From an uncultured Nitrosomonadaceae bacterium (GTDB taxonomy: Bacteria > Chloroflexota > Anaerolineae > Anaerolineales > UBA11858), in NCBI GenBank assembly GCA_964195965.1, contig CAXMRF010000005.1:1-45356 (forward strand): a DNA stretch of 45,356 nucleotides. Reading direction: 5' to 3'. The notes under the pieces were generated by a model. That model saw only the letters and a program-made list of their open reading frames with translations, was not told where the DNA came from and did no database searches. A program made the translations under genes and the position numbers. Of the stretch, positions 27,942 to 36,224 are shown one piece after another (position 1 is the stretch's first letter; each line of letters begins with the position of its first letter).

Positions 27942-28724
27942 GTGTCAGCAACAGGCTTCACAGGGATAGTTGTTTTTGTGCTTTTTATGGGCCTGATGAT
28001 TTTCTTCTCGATCATAAATAAAGATCGGGAGGAAAATAATGTCCGCCCGATTCCCGGCTACGACAAAATTAACCAGGAAATCAACGTTGCTGTTGAAGAT
28101 GGCACCCAATTACACATTTCTCTGGGACGGGGAGGCATCACTGGTCCCGAATCTGCGGCTGCCCTGGCAGGATTAAGCCTCTTAAAACAAGTTATTGAAA
28201 AATCTTCTGTCTGCGACCATCCCCCGGTTGTATCTACCGGAAATGCGGTGATTTCCATCTTGGCCCAGGATACGATCCGGGGATCCTCAAAAGCCATTAG
28301 CGTGGGTGACCAACGAAGAAATCCGTCCGGTGAATTGATTGGTGTTACGCCTTTTTCATATGCAGCAGGTGCGTTAACTACAATTCGTAATGATAATGTC
28401 TCAGCCAATATTCATACTGGATGGTTTGGAAATGAGATCACCTGGCTTACAACTGCCGGAGAAAGGCAAAGCAGTTCGACTATCGCGGGCACTGTCCAAC
28501 TACCTGCCCAGGCGGTGATCTATGCCAGCGCTTCAGATCCCTTAATCGGAGAAGAACTTTTTGCTGGCGGGGCTTACCTGGGGGCAGGGAAGATGCATCA
28601 AGCCAGCATCTCCACCCAGGATATTATCCGCTGGATTATCATCGTTATCATCCTGGGAAGTGTTGTGCTGAACATCCTGGGTATTGACTCATTTATTGAA
28701 GATATCCTGGCAGGATCAATGTGA
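27942..28724 (+). CDS. DUF6754-like membrane protein (TM, alpha/beta domain, TM)
   Basis: RPIPG, AVEDG..LHISLG, G.FG.E, LIGEELFAGGAYL, QDIIR; family recognised from memory. Confidence 0.72.
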   Translation: MSATGFTGIVVFVLFMGLMIFFSIINKDREENNVRPIPGYDKINQEINVAVEDGTQLHISLGRGGITGPESAAALAGLSLLKQVIEKSSVCDHPPVVSTGNAVISILAQDTIRGSSKAISVGDQRRNPSGELIGVTPFSYAAGALTTIRNDNVSANIHTGWFGNEITWLTTAGERQSSSTIAGTVQLPAQAVIYASASDPLIGEELFAGGAYLGAGKMHQASISTQDIIRWIIIVIILGSVVLNILGIDSFIEDILAGSM

Positions 28725-29365
28725 ATATAAAAATCAAATCACCGATTTCTACTGCGATTGCTATTGGGGTTGGAATTGTTGTCCTGGCCGGATATTTTAT
28801 TCCTTCAATGAACGACATCCGCTTCATTTTATTAAGAACCGGTCTGGTTCTGTCTGCGGTGGCCCTTTTAGTGGGCATCATCAATCTTCTAACAGTTCAT
28901 ATCAAGAAATTGGGCGCTGAAAACGCGAACTCCGGTTATAGTTTAATCCTTGTGATCGCCTTGTTGGTCACCCTGGTCGTTGGGATTATTGATATGGTTC
29001 AAACCTATCTGGTCGGTCAGCCAAATTTCCAGATGACCAACTGGGTATTCACTTACATCCAGATGCCCATTGAAACCAGCCTGCTTGCTGTAACTACCGT
29101 CAGCCTGATTTATGCTGCTGCAAGCATCTTGCGTAAAAGAATGGACGTGTTCTCTATTACATTCTTTTTTGTCATATTGCTGGTTCTTTTGGGATCATTC
29201 TCAATACCCCCGGCCACTCTACCTTTCCTGCATGTGATCCGGGATTGGATCCTGCGCGTTCCCGCATTGGGTGGAGCGCGAGGGCTTTTATTGGGTATTG
29301 CTCTGGGAACAATTACAACCGGGATCAGGATCCTCTTGGGAACTGATCGGCCATATAGTGATTAA
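28721..29365 (+). CDS. Hypothetical polytopic membrane protein
   Basis: About 6 TMs; C-terminal VPALGGARGLLLGIALG...RILLG.DRPY; GTGA overlap with the upstream gene. Confidence 0.8.
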   Translation: MNIKIKSPISTAIAIGVGIVVLAGYFIPSMNDIRFILLRTGLVLSAVALLVGIINLLTVHIKKLGAENANSGYSLILVIALLVTLVVGIIDMVQTYLVGQPNFQMTNWVFTYIQMPIETSLLAVTTVSLIYAAASILRKRMDVFSITFFFVILLVLLGSFSIPPATLPFLHVIRDWILRVPALGGARGLLLGIALGTITTGIRILLGTDRPYSD

Positions 29366-29367
29366 TC

Positions 29368-31920
29368 ATGACTGATATTCTTTGCCCAACTTGCGGACGA
29401 CCTAATTCTGAAAATCACAGCAGTTGTGATTTTTGTGGTGGTCCTCTTGGTAGTGAAGATATCACATCAGTTCAAAATTCTTCGTTGCGTGATGATTTGT
29501 TCTCCAATGAAAATCCAAACGAACCTCTGGAGCCGAGAGAGTCAATGGATGAGGCTTCTCGATTAGACAGTTTGTTTTCACCAGATCCCCCTCCTCTAGA
29601 TTCCCAAAAAGAACCCGGGGACCAACCTCCAGAATCCTTGAACGATGTCTCCCGCCTGGATGATCTTATCCCTGCACCAGAATCAACAGAAGCACTCCCG
29701 GAAGAAGAAATCCAAACCGGTGAATCTCTGGATGACTCATCTCTTCGTGACGATATCTTGGGTAGCGACGATCCACTTCAAGAACCCAAACCACAAAACC
29801 ATTTTCCCCTGGATAACCTCTTTCCAGATGATATAAGCGCTCCTGAGCTTCCATCACAAGACCCATTACCAGACTCTCCTCCAGAAGATGACCAACTTCA
29901 GGAAAAGAGCTCAATGGAAACTCCTGGGGAGGACTGGGATTTTTTGACAGAGCCTTCATCCAGTAGTGGTTTACCCCAAGAAAATTCACCCGCTGAAGAA
30001 CCCCAAGGGGATTGGGATTTTCTGACTCCTGATCCTTCATCTGAAGAAACTCCACCTCAAGACCTGGATGATCCAATCCCGGATTTCGGTTCTCCGGGCT
30101 TTTCGGAGGATTCCGGTTGGCTTGATATGCTTCAAGATCCCGAAACCAGAGAGGAATTGGCTTCAGAAACATCATCGGATATTAAGAAGGAAAAAAACCA
30201 AACGGACTGGCTTGATAAAATTAAAAGGCTTGATAAAAGCACCGAACACGTAGATGAAGACTCTTCATTTCCTGATTGGCTCTCTGTTTCAGAAAAACCG
30301 GCAGAAGAGCCCGAGCCTGAACCCACACCTGAACCAGTTCCAGAAATTCAACCCGAACCTGCCTCCTCTGATCTTCCGGCATGGCTCCAGATGGATGGTG
30401 ACGATGAATCACTGAATGAATTCCTGCGGAGAAAAGACCTCACCAATGAGGAATACAAACCCAAGATTAACAAAGAACCCACCGGGGAATTAGTCACCCT
30501 GGAAGACGATGATGAACCGGCTGCGGATCTGAGTGATTCACAACACATTAAATTTCCATCCTGGGCAGGTAACGAAAGTAAAAAGGAAGAAATTCCAGAA
30601 GACCTTCAATTCCTGGCGGGGTACGATCCGGACTCACCTCCCCCAGATGGTGTTGATGCATTGCAAATCGAGGAAGAAGAATATTTTGATGATTTGTTCA
30701 ATGAAGAGCTCCCAGACTGGTTGACCTCAGCTTCATCTGAAGGAGTCATAAAACCGACAAGTGAAGCCTTGAGCCAGGGCGATTTGCCTGGATGGGTTGA
30801 GGCAATGCGTCCTGTAGTCGAGTCATCTGATCTCGCTGAAGAAGAGGACTACATGGAAAATTATGGCCCTCTGGCTGGTATCCCCAGCGTCCTTCCAGCG
30901 GAAGCTGAAATTGCTCTTGATCTGGAAAAAGCCGCCAAAAAACCATTAGATTTGATCACCTCTAAATCCAATCAGGAATATGTCAACTTATTAAAGAAGT
31001 TAATTGGTGAAGAAAATAAAGCAAAAACAATCCTAAGACCTGCCCCAGTACAAACTCAACGGGTCCTGCGCTGGTTGATTGCTATTATCATGCTTGTTAC
31101 AACCGCCGGAACAGTCATCTTTGGCGGAAATATTGAGACTGAACCTCCCACCCAGGCCCAGATACAAAATACAGGGTACGGGGCTCTTTATGACCAAATT
31201 GAAAAGTTGTATGATAGTCAACCAGTCCTGATTGCTTTTGATTACCAACCGGCCGCAGCAGGTGAACTGCATGCCGCAGCTGCTGGTGTTGTTGACCATC
31301 TGATGGAGCAGGGCACATACCTGTCGTTTGTATCCACGCAGCCAACGGGTCCAGCCCTGGCAGAAAATTTCCTGGAAACAACCCAGGAAGCACACCGATA
31401 TCAGCACACCCAGCAATATATCAACCTGGGCTATCTGCCTGGTGAGTCCGCAGGATTATTAAGTTTTGTGATCGCTCCGAAAAAAATCATCCCATTGGCA
31501 TTTGACGGCAGTAATGCCTGGGGATCTCCCCCCCTTGTTAATGTAGACTCGATCAATGATTTCGAGATGATCCTGGTAATTACGGACGATCCTGATATTG
31601 CAAAAATATGGATCGAACAGGTCGGCACCATTTTGGATGACACACCCTTAACGATGGTGGTTAGCGCTCAAGTAGAACCATTGATTCAGCCCTATTTCCG
31701 ATCGTCCCCTCAATTGCTTTCCGGGTATGTTTCAGGGATTATAGACAGTATGATTTACGAACAGATTCTAGGACGGCCTAACCTAGCAACTGAAACTTGG
31801 CTTCCATTTAACCTGGGTATTGTTATTGCTGTTGGAACGATTTTTATTGGCGGATTGGCAAATGGAGTGCTCTCCATATTTTCCAGGCACAGGTCCAAAC
31901 TCATAGGAGATACTAAGTGA
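29368..31920 (+). CDS. Zinc-ribbon protein with long acidic low-complexity region and C-terminal TM-domain-TM module
   Basis: CPTC-x10-CDFC; about 480 aa D/E/P/S-rich region; TMs near aa 570 and 815; YINLGYLPG, PYF..QL..G. Confidence 0.82.
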   Translation: MTDILCPTCGRPNSENHSSCDFCGGPLGSEDITSVQNSSLRDDLFSNENPNEPLEPRESMDEASRLDSLFSPDPPPLDSQKEPGDQPPESLNDVSRLDDLIPAPESTEALPEEEIQTGESLDDSSLRDDILGSDDPLQEPKPQNHFPLDNLFPDDISAPELPSQDPLPDSPPEDDQLQEKSSMETPGEDWDFLTEPSSSSGLPQENSPAEEPQGDWDFLTPDPSSEETPPQDLDDPIPDFGSPGFSEDSGWLDMLQDPETREELASETSSDIKKEKNQTDWLDKIKRLDKSTEHVDEDSSFPDWLSVSEKPAEEPEPEPTPEPVPEIQPEPASSDLPAWLQMDGDDESLNEFLRRKDLTNEEYKPKINKEPTGELVTLEDDDEPAADLSDSQHIKFPSWAGNESKKEEIPEDLQFLAGYDPDSPPPDGVDALQIEEEEYFDDLFNEELPDWLTSASSEGVIKPTSEALSQGDLPGWVEAMRPVVESSDLAEEEDYMENYGPLAGIPSVLPAEAEIALDLEKAAKKPLDLITSKSNQEYVNLLKKLIGEENKAKTILRPAPVQTQRVLRWLIAIIMLVTTAGTVIFGGNIETEPPTQAQIQNTGYGALYDQIEKLYDSQPVLIAFDYQPAAAGELHAAAAGVVDHLMEQGTYLSFVSTQPTGPALAENFLETTQEAHRYQHTQQYINLGYLPGESAGLLSFVIAPKKIIPLAFDGSNAWGSPPLVNVDSINDFEMILVITDDPDIAKIWIEQVGTILDDTPLTMVVSAQVEPLIQPYFRSSPQLLSGYVSGIIDSMIYEQILGRPNLATETWLPFNLGIVIAVGTIFIGGLANGVLSIFSRHRSKLIGDTK
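29539..29760 (+). repeat. Three degenerate ~30-aa coding repeats
   Basis: ESMDEASRLDSLF (29539), ESLNDVSRLDDLI (29632), ESLDDSSLRDDIL (29722); spacing 93 and 90 nt. Confidence 0.7.
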
Positions 31921-32621
31921 ACATGGGCAACCTGTTGGATTTTATTGGACTGGCATTAGGTTTTCTCTTCACTATCCTGATATTTAGCTATTTATTAGGA
32001 GATAATCCTTTTTTCCGGTTGGCGATCCACATATTTATCGGTGTCTCGGCAGCTTACGTTGCCATAATTACGATTAATAATGTGTTGATTCCCCGTATGA
32101 TTATCCCGCTCATTCAAGGCTCCCAGGGAGAACGGTTATTATCCATTTTATTATTCATCCCCAGCCTGTTCCTGTTTCTTAAAGTAACTCCTCTCCGTAA
32201 AGCGGGTAATTGGTCAGTGGCAATCCTGGTTGGGATTGGTGCAGCAGCAGCTATTGGTGGCACTATAACAGGCACATTGTTTCCACAAATACTGGGAACG
32301 ATTAACAGCGTTGATCCCTCAGCATATTCCATCTCTTCTAGCCGATGGGACCAGGCAATTAATGGAATTATTATCGTTCTGGGTACTATTACAACATTGA
32401 TATATTTCCACTTTGGCACCCGGGACAATCCCGGCCACCCCAATGAACGGCAACCGTTTATCGAAAATATTAGCAAAATTGGGAAAATCTTCCTCGCTAT
32501 AACCTTTGGGGCTCTCTATGCCGGAGTTTTACTTTCTTCCCTGGCTGCCCTGGTCGAGCGGCTTTCGTTCTTATGGGAATTCCTGAATAGTATCGGTTTT
32601 CAATTATTTACATCATTTTAG
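31917..32621 (+). CDS. Hypothetical polytopic membrane protein
   Basis: FSYLLGDNPFFRLAIHIFIGVSAAY, YFHF, G..FLAITFGA; about 6 TMs. Confidence 0.8.
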   Translation: MNMGNLLDFIGLALGFLFTILIFSYLLGDNPFFRLAIHIFIGVSAAYVAIITINNVLIPRMIIPLIQGSQGERLLSILLFIPSLFLFLKVTPLRKAGNWSVAILVGIGAAAAIGGTITGTLFPQILGTINSVDPSAYSISSSRWDQAINGIIIVLGTITTLIYFHFGTRDNPGHPNERQPFIENISKIGKIFLAITFGALYAGVLLSSLAALVERLSFLWEFLNSIGFQLFTSF

Positions 32622-32626
32622 GTGAC

Positions 32627-34384
32627 ATGGATACAACTACAGGTTCAGCAAAATCAGTTATAGCAGTAGATATAGGAAGTACCATTACCCGGGTGCAATT
32701 TTATGACGTGGTAAGCGGCAGATACCGTTTCTTGGCTGCTGGATCTGCGCCAACAACCACCGGCGCTCCCACTTTTGATGTCACCGAAGGTATTTGGAGA
32801 GCTCTGGAAGAGCTCCAATATGTCACCGGTAGAAAATTATTAAGTGAGAAGGACGGGGTGATCATACCAAGTACCTCGGACAACCAGGGGGTTGACATAA
32901 TGGTTGCGACCATGTCAGCAGGAAATCCAATCTCTATTGTCGCTGTCGGTTTACTGGATAATGTTTCCCTGCAAAATGCACAGCATCTGGCTCAAACAAC
33001 TTATGGAAAAATCATTGCAGAAATTTCCCTGAATGACCGTCGAACTTCCTCTGAACGGATAAACTTGCTAACCAGTATTCGGCCTGACTTAATCATCATT
33101 ACCGGGGGAACCAACAATGGTGCTTCACACTCTCTGATCAGCATCATGGAAAGCATTGGATTATCTAGTTATTTGCTTGAAGAAAATCAGCGGCCTCATA
33201 TTTTATTCACAGGAAATGAGAAATTACAGCAAGAAGCCAAAGATGGTTTAGGAAAAATTTGCAAACTTCGGATTGCCCCCAATATTCAGCCCATCCTTGG
33301 TAAAGAAAGTATCTATCCTGCTCAAAAAGAGATCAATGAAATTTATATAGATGTGCGAAAAAAACAAACTGGCGGTCTCAGCGAAGCTCTTTCCTGGACA
33401 GAGGGTCAGTTTACATCAACGGCTGCAGCCTTTGGTCGTGTGATACGTTTCCTTAGTGAAAAGTTTGAGCCAGAGAAAGGCGTTCTGGGGGTTGATATCG
33501 GCTCCGATGCTACTGTTCTGGCAGCTTCATTTAACGGTGATGAAACGCTGAGAGTATTTCCTAATCTGGGTGTAGGCTCAGGTTCCTCCGGGGTGCTCGA
33601 AAAATCATCCCTGGAAAAGATAAAGCGCTGGCTTCCCATAGAATTATCTGATCAGGAAATCAGTGACTATATCTACAACAAATCTGCTTATCCAAGTTCA
33701 CTTCCTGTTGAAGTTGAGCACCTTGAAATAGAAATGGCCGTCGCTAAACAAGCTTTGCGCATTGCTGCGGTTCATACAATCCCCGGCTTGCGAAAACAGA
33801 TTGACTCAGGGGGGACATTAATGCCTGCCATGGAGCCTATTATTGGATCCGGAAGAATTTTGACAATGGCGCCAAAACGTTACCAAAGCTTGTCGATCCT
33901 TCTGGATGGACTGCAGCCAACAGGCGTGACAACCTTCGCACTGGATCAAAACGGCTTATTGCCAGGATTGGGAGCAATAGCAGAAATCAATCCCTTATTA
34001 ACCGTTCAGGTGGTTGAATCAAATACTTTACTGAATATAGGCACAATTATTGCACCTACAGGGAATGCCAGGGCTGGAACAACGATACTCCGGGTCCAAA
34101 TCAGTCGGGAAGATGGCAGGTCATTTACCCGAGAGATTAAATACGGATCATTGACTGTTCTTCCAGTGGAGATTGGTGAAAAGGTATCCCTGCATCTTCG
34201 TCCCCTCCATCGTTTTGATGTTGGTATGGGAGGTCCAGGGAAAGCTGGCAAGGTAAATGCCGTTGGCGGCGCATTTGGCATAATTATTGATGCCAGGGGC
34301 CGTCCACTCCAATTTTCTTTTGATCAGGAAAAAAACAGGAAACGAAATGAGGTTTGGAGAAAAACCTACCAAAAATATGAGTGA
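32627..34384 (+). CDS. GlmL/MutL-like ASKHA (actin-fold) ATPase with C-terminal extension
   Basis: AVDIGSTIT (phosphate 1), APTT, MSAG, RPDLIIITGGTNNG, GVDIGSDAT (phosphate 2), GIIIDARGRP. Confidence 0.8.
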   Translation: MDTTTGSAKSVIAVDIGSTITRVQFYDVVSGRYRFLAAGSAPTTTGAPTFDVTEGIWRALEELQYVTGRKLLSEKDGVIIPSTSDNQGVDIMVATMSAGNPISIVAVGLLDNVSLQNAQHLAQTTYGKIIAEISLNDRRTSSERINLLTSIRPDLIIITGGTNNGASHSLISIMESIGLSSYLLEENQRPHILFTGNEKLQQEAKDGLGKICKLRIAPNIQPILGKESIYPAQKEINEIYIDVRKKQTGGLSEALSWTEGQFTSTAAAFGRVIRFLSEKFEPEKGVLGVDIGSDATVLAASFNGDETLRVFPNLGVGSGSSGVLEKSSLEKIKRWLPIELSDQEISDYIYNKSAYPSSLPVEVEHLEIEMAVAKQALRIAAVHTIPGLRKQIDSGGTLMPAMEPIIGSGRILTMAPKRYQSLSILLDGLQPTGVTTFALDQNGLLPGLGAIAEINPLLTVQVVESNTLLNIGTIIAPTGNARAGTTILRVQISREDGRSFTREIKYGSLTVLPVEIGEKVSLHLRPLHRFDVGMGGPGKAGKVNAVGGAFGIIIDARGRPLQFSFDQEKNRKRNEVWRKTYQKYE

Positions 34385-35478
34385 TTTTCAGGCTATCCCC
34401 TGAAAAAGAAGCTATCAAGATGATAAGTAAAGTCAAACACATTCATGCGCTAACAAGTATTAAGCGAGAACGGTTATTACCGGTATCCGGTCATGTACTC
34501 GTCCGGCGCTTGCAAAAAGTCTCTCCGACGGATGTTATTGTAGTCGCGCCTATGGCACCCCAGTTTATTCTTCTGGATATCGCTGCGGGACTTAATGTCC
34601 CTCCCAGCCGGGCGGATGAGCTGCTGCAGCGCGAAACCGGTGAAGAACTGGTCCAGGGTGATGTAATCGCTGGCCCAGTTGGTTTGTTCAAACGGGTCAT
34701 CCGGGCCCCTCAACCGGGAGTCGTGAAAATCGCAGGAGAAGGCAAATTATTATTTGAGATCAACTCCCCTGATTATGAATTACAGGCCGGGATGGAAGGG
34801 ACCATTACAAATATCATTCCAGAGAGAGGCGCAATTATTGAAACCAAGGGGGCGCTTATCCAGGGAGTTTGGGGAAACGGCAAGATTACCTATGGCGTAC
34901 TCCAGCCAGTCAGCAATGAAATGCTGCAGGAACTGGTACCAGAACAGCTTAATATTGGATTCAGGGGCGCAATTATTTCAGCCGGATACTGCAGTAACCC
35001 TGAAGTGTTAACGGTTGCCGGCAATGTTCCGATCAAAGGTTTGATCCTTGGCAGTATGTCTTCTGCGTTAGTTCCCCTCGCAAAATCTGTAGATTATCCT
35101 GTCATGGTCATTGATGGGTTTAGGGAAAAACCCATGAATCGAGCCGCTGAACAAATTTTGATTGCCAATAAAGACAAGAATATTGCTCTGAACGCGCAAA
35201 TTTATGATTCTTATACAGGAAATTTCCCTGAAATTATCATATCCCTATCTGCAGTTTCAGAGCCAGAATTACCTATTGAAACCGAAACACTCAAAGCGGG
35301 TAAAACGGTTATTATAATAAATGGACCCGAAGCCCCTCAAATAGGGAAAATTGATACAATACTTTCTGGGAAACAAATTTTACCAAGTGGTATAAAAACC
35401 CGGGTCGCCGAAGTGAGCTATGGAAGCGAAAAACAAGCAACCATACCACTCATAAACCTGGAAATTATCAATGAGTAA
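34381..35478 (+). CDS. Hypothetical soluble protein with barrel-sandwich-hybrid-like repeats and a C-terminal KOW/SH3-like domain
   Basis: RERLLP..GHVLV, GEELVQGDVIA..IRAPQPGVV, LIQGVWGNG, LKAGKTVIIINGP; start may be 34420. Confidence 0.72.
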   Translation: MIFRLSPEKEAIKMISKVKHIHALTSIKRERLLPVSGHVLVRRLQKVSPTDVIVVAPMAPQFILLDIAAGLNVPPSRADELLQRETGEELVQGDVIAGPVGLFKRVIRAPQPGVVKIAGEGKLLFEINSPDYELQAGMEGTITNIIPERGAIIETKGALIQGVWGNGKITYGVLQPVSNEMLQELVPEQLNIGFRGAIISAGYCSNPEVLTVAGNVPIKGLILGSMSSALVPLAKSVDYPVMVIDGFREKPMNRAAEQILIANKDKNIALNAQIYDSYTGNFPEIIISLSAVSEPELPIETETLKAGKTVIIINGPEAPQIGKIDTILSGKQILPSGIKTRVAEVSYGSEKQATIPLINLEIINE

Positions 35479-35531
35479 ATTATTAACCAATTTACTTCCG
35501 ATCTGACAGGGTAAATTGAGGAGAGAGAACT

Positions 35532-36125
35532 ATGGGCATGTTGAATGATTTTGAAGATCTTGAATTCGAGGACGCAGGTGAAGAAGAGTCCTTAACAACC
35601 AGCAAGGGTTCGAATCGAACCTTCCTGATTGTTGCAGGCGTTTTGGGAGGTATCCTCCTGATTGCGTTGCTGGCTATTGCAGCGTATGCTGTTCTGTATT
35701 TGCCAGGTCGTGATACTGGCCAACAGACTCAGGTCGCGGAAATTAATGCGACCAATACAGCAGTTGCAGAAGAAGCCCAGCTGACGGCAATCGCAAAACA
35801 AGTGACAATGACCCCCACTTTTACTGCAACGCTGCCGCCTACTGAAACACCTACCCTGATCCCCAGCAGCACCTCAACACCAGTGTTGGCGCCAACCAAT
35901 ACGCCGGATCCCGTTGACGATCCATCTGCAACGGAAACTGTTGCCGCATTATTAACCCAACAAGCGGATGGAGGTGGGCTAGATGCAACCCCGGTCCCCA
36001 CGGCAACTGCACTTCCTGACACGGGTTTTGCAGATGAATTTGGCGTTCCAGGACTACTGCTGATTGCAGGTGCATTATTAGTGATAATCATACTCAGCAG
36101 ACGTCTGAGAATCACAACCAGTTAG
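35532..36125 (+). CDS. Thr/Pro-rich surface protein with an N-terminal TM and a C-terminal LPXTG-type sorting signal
   Basis: Acidic N-tail, TM, PT-rich linker, LPDTG plus hydrophobic helix plus RRLR. Confidence 0.8.
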   Translation: MGMLNDFEDLEFEDAGEEESLTTSKGSNRTFLIVAGVLGGILLIALLAIAAYAVLYLPGRDTGQQTQVAEINATNTAVAEEAQLTAIAKQVTMTPTFTATLPPTETPTLIPSSTSTPVLAPTNTPDPVDDPSATETVAALLTQQADGGGLDATPVPTATALPDTGFADEFGVPGLLLIAGALLVIIILSRRLRITTS

Positions 36126-36163
36126 TTAATTAATATTTAAATCCTGTCAAACCAGGTTAAAAA

Positions 36164-36204
36164 AGACAACCACAGCAATATCTCTCTTCTTGCTGTGGTT
36201 GTTT
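36164..36204. terminator. Bidirectional terminator hairpin
   Basis: ACAACCACAGCAA-N11-TTGCTGTGGTTGT with A-run/T-run flanks between convergent genes. Confidence 0.8.
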
Positions 36205-36224
36205 GATATTAATTAATATTTGAA

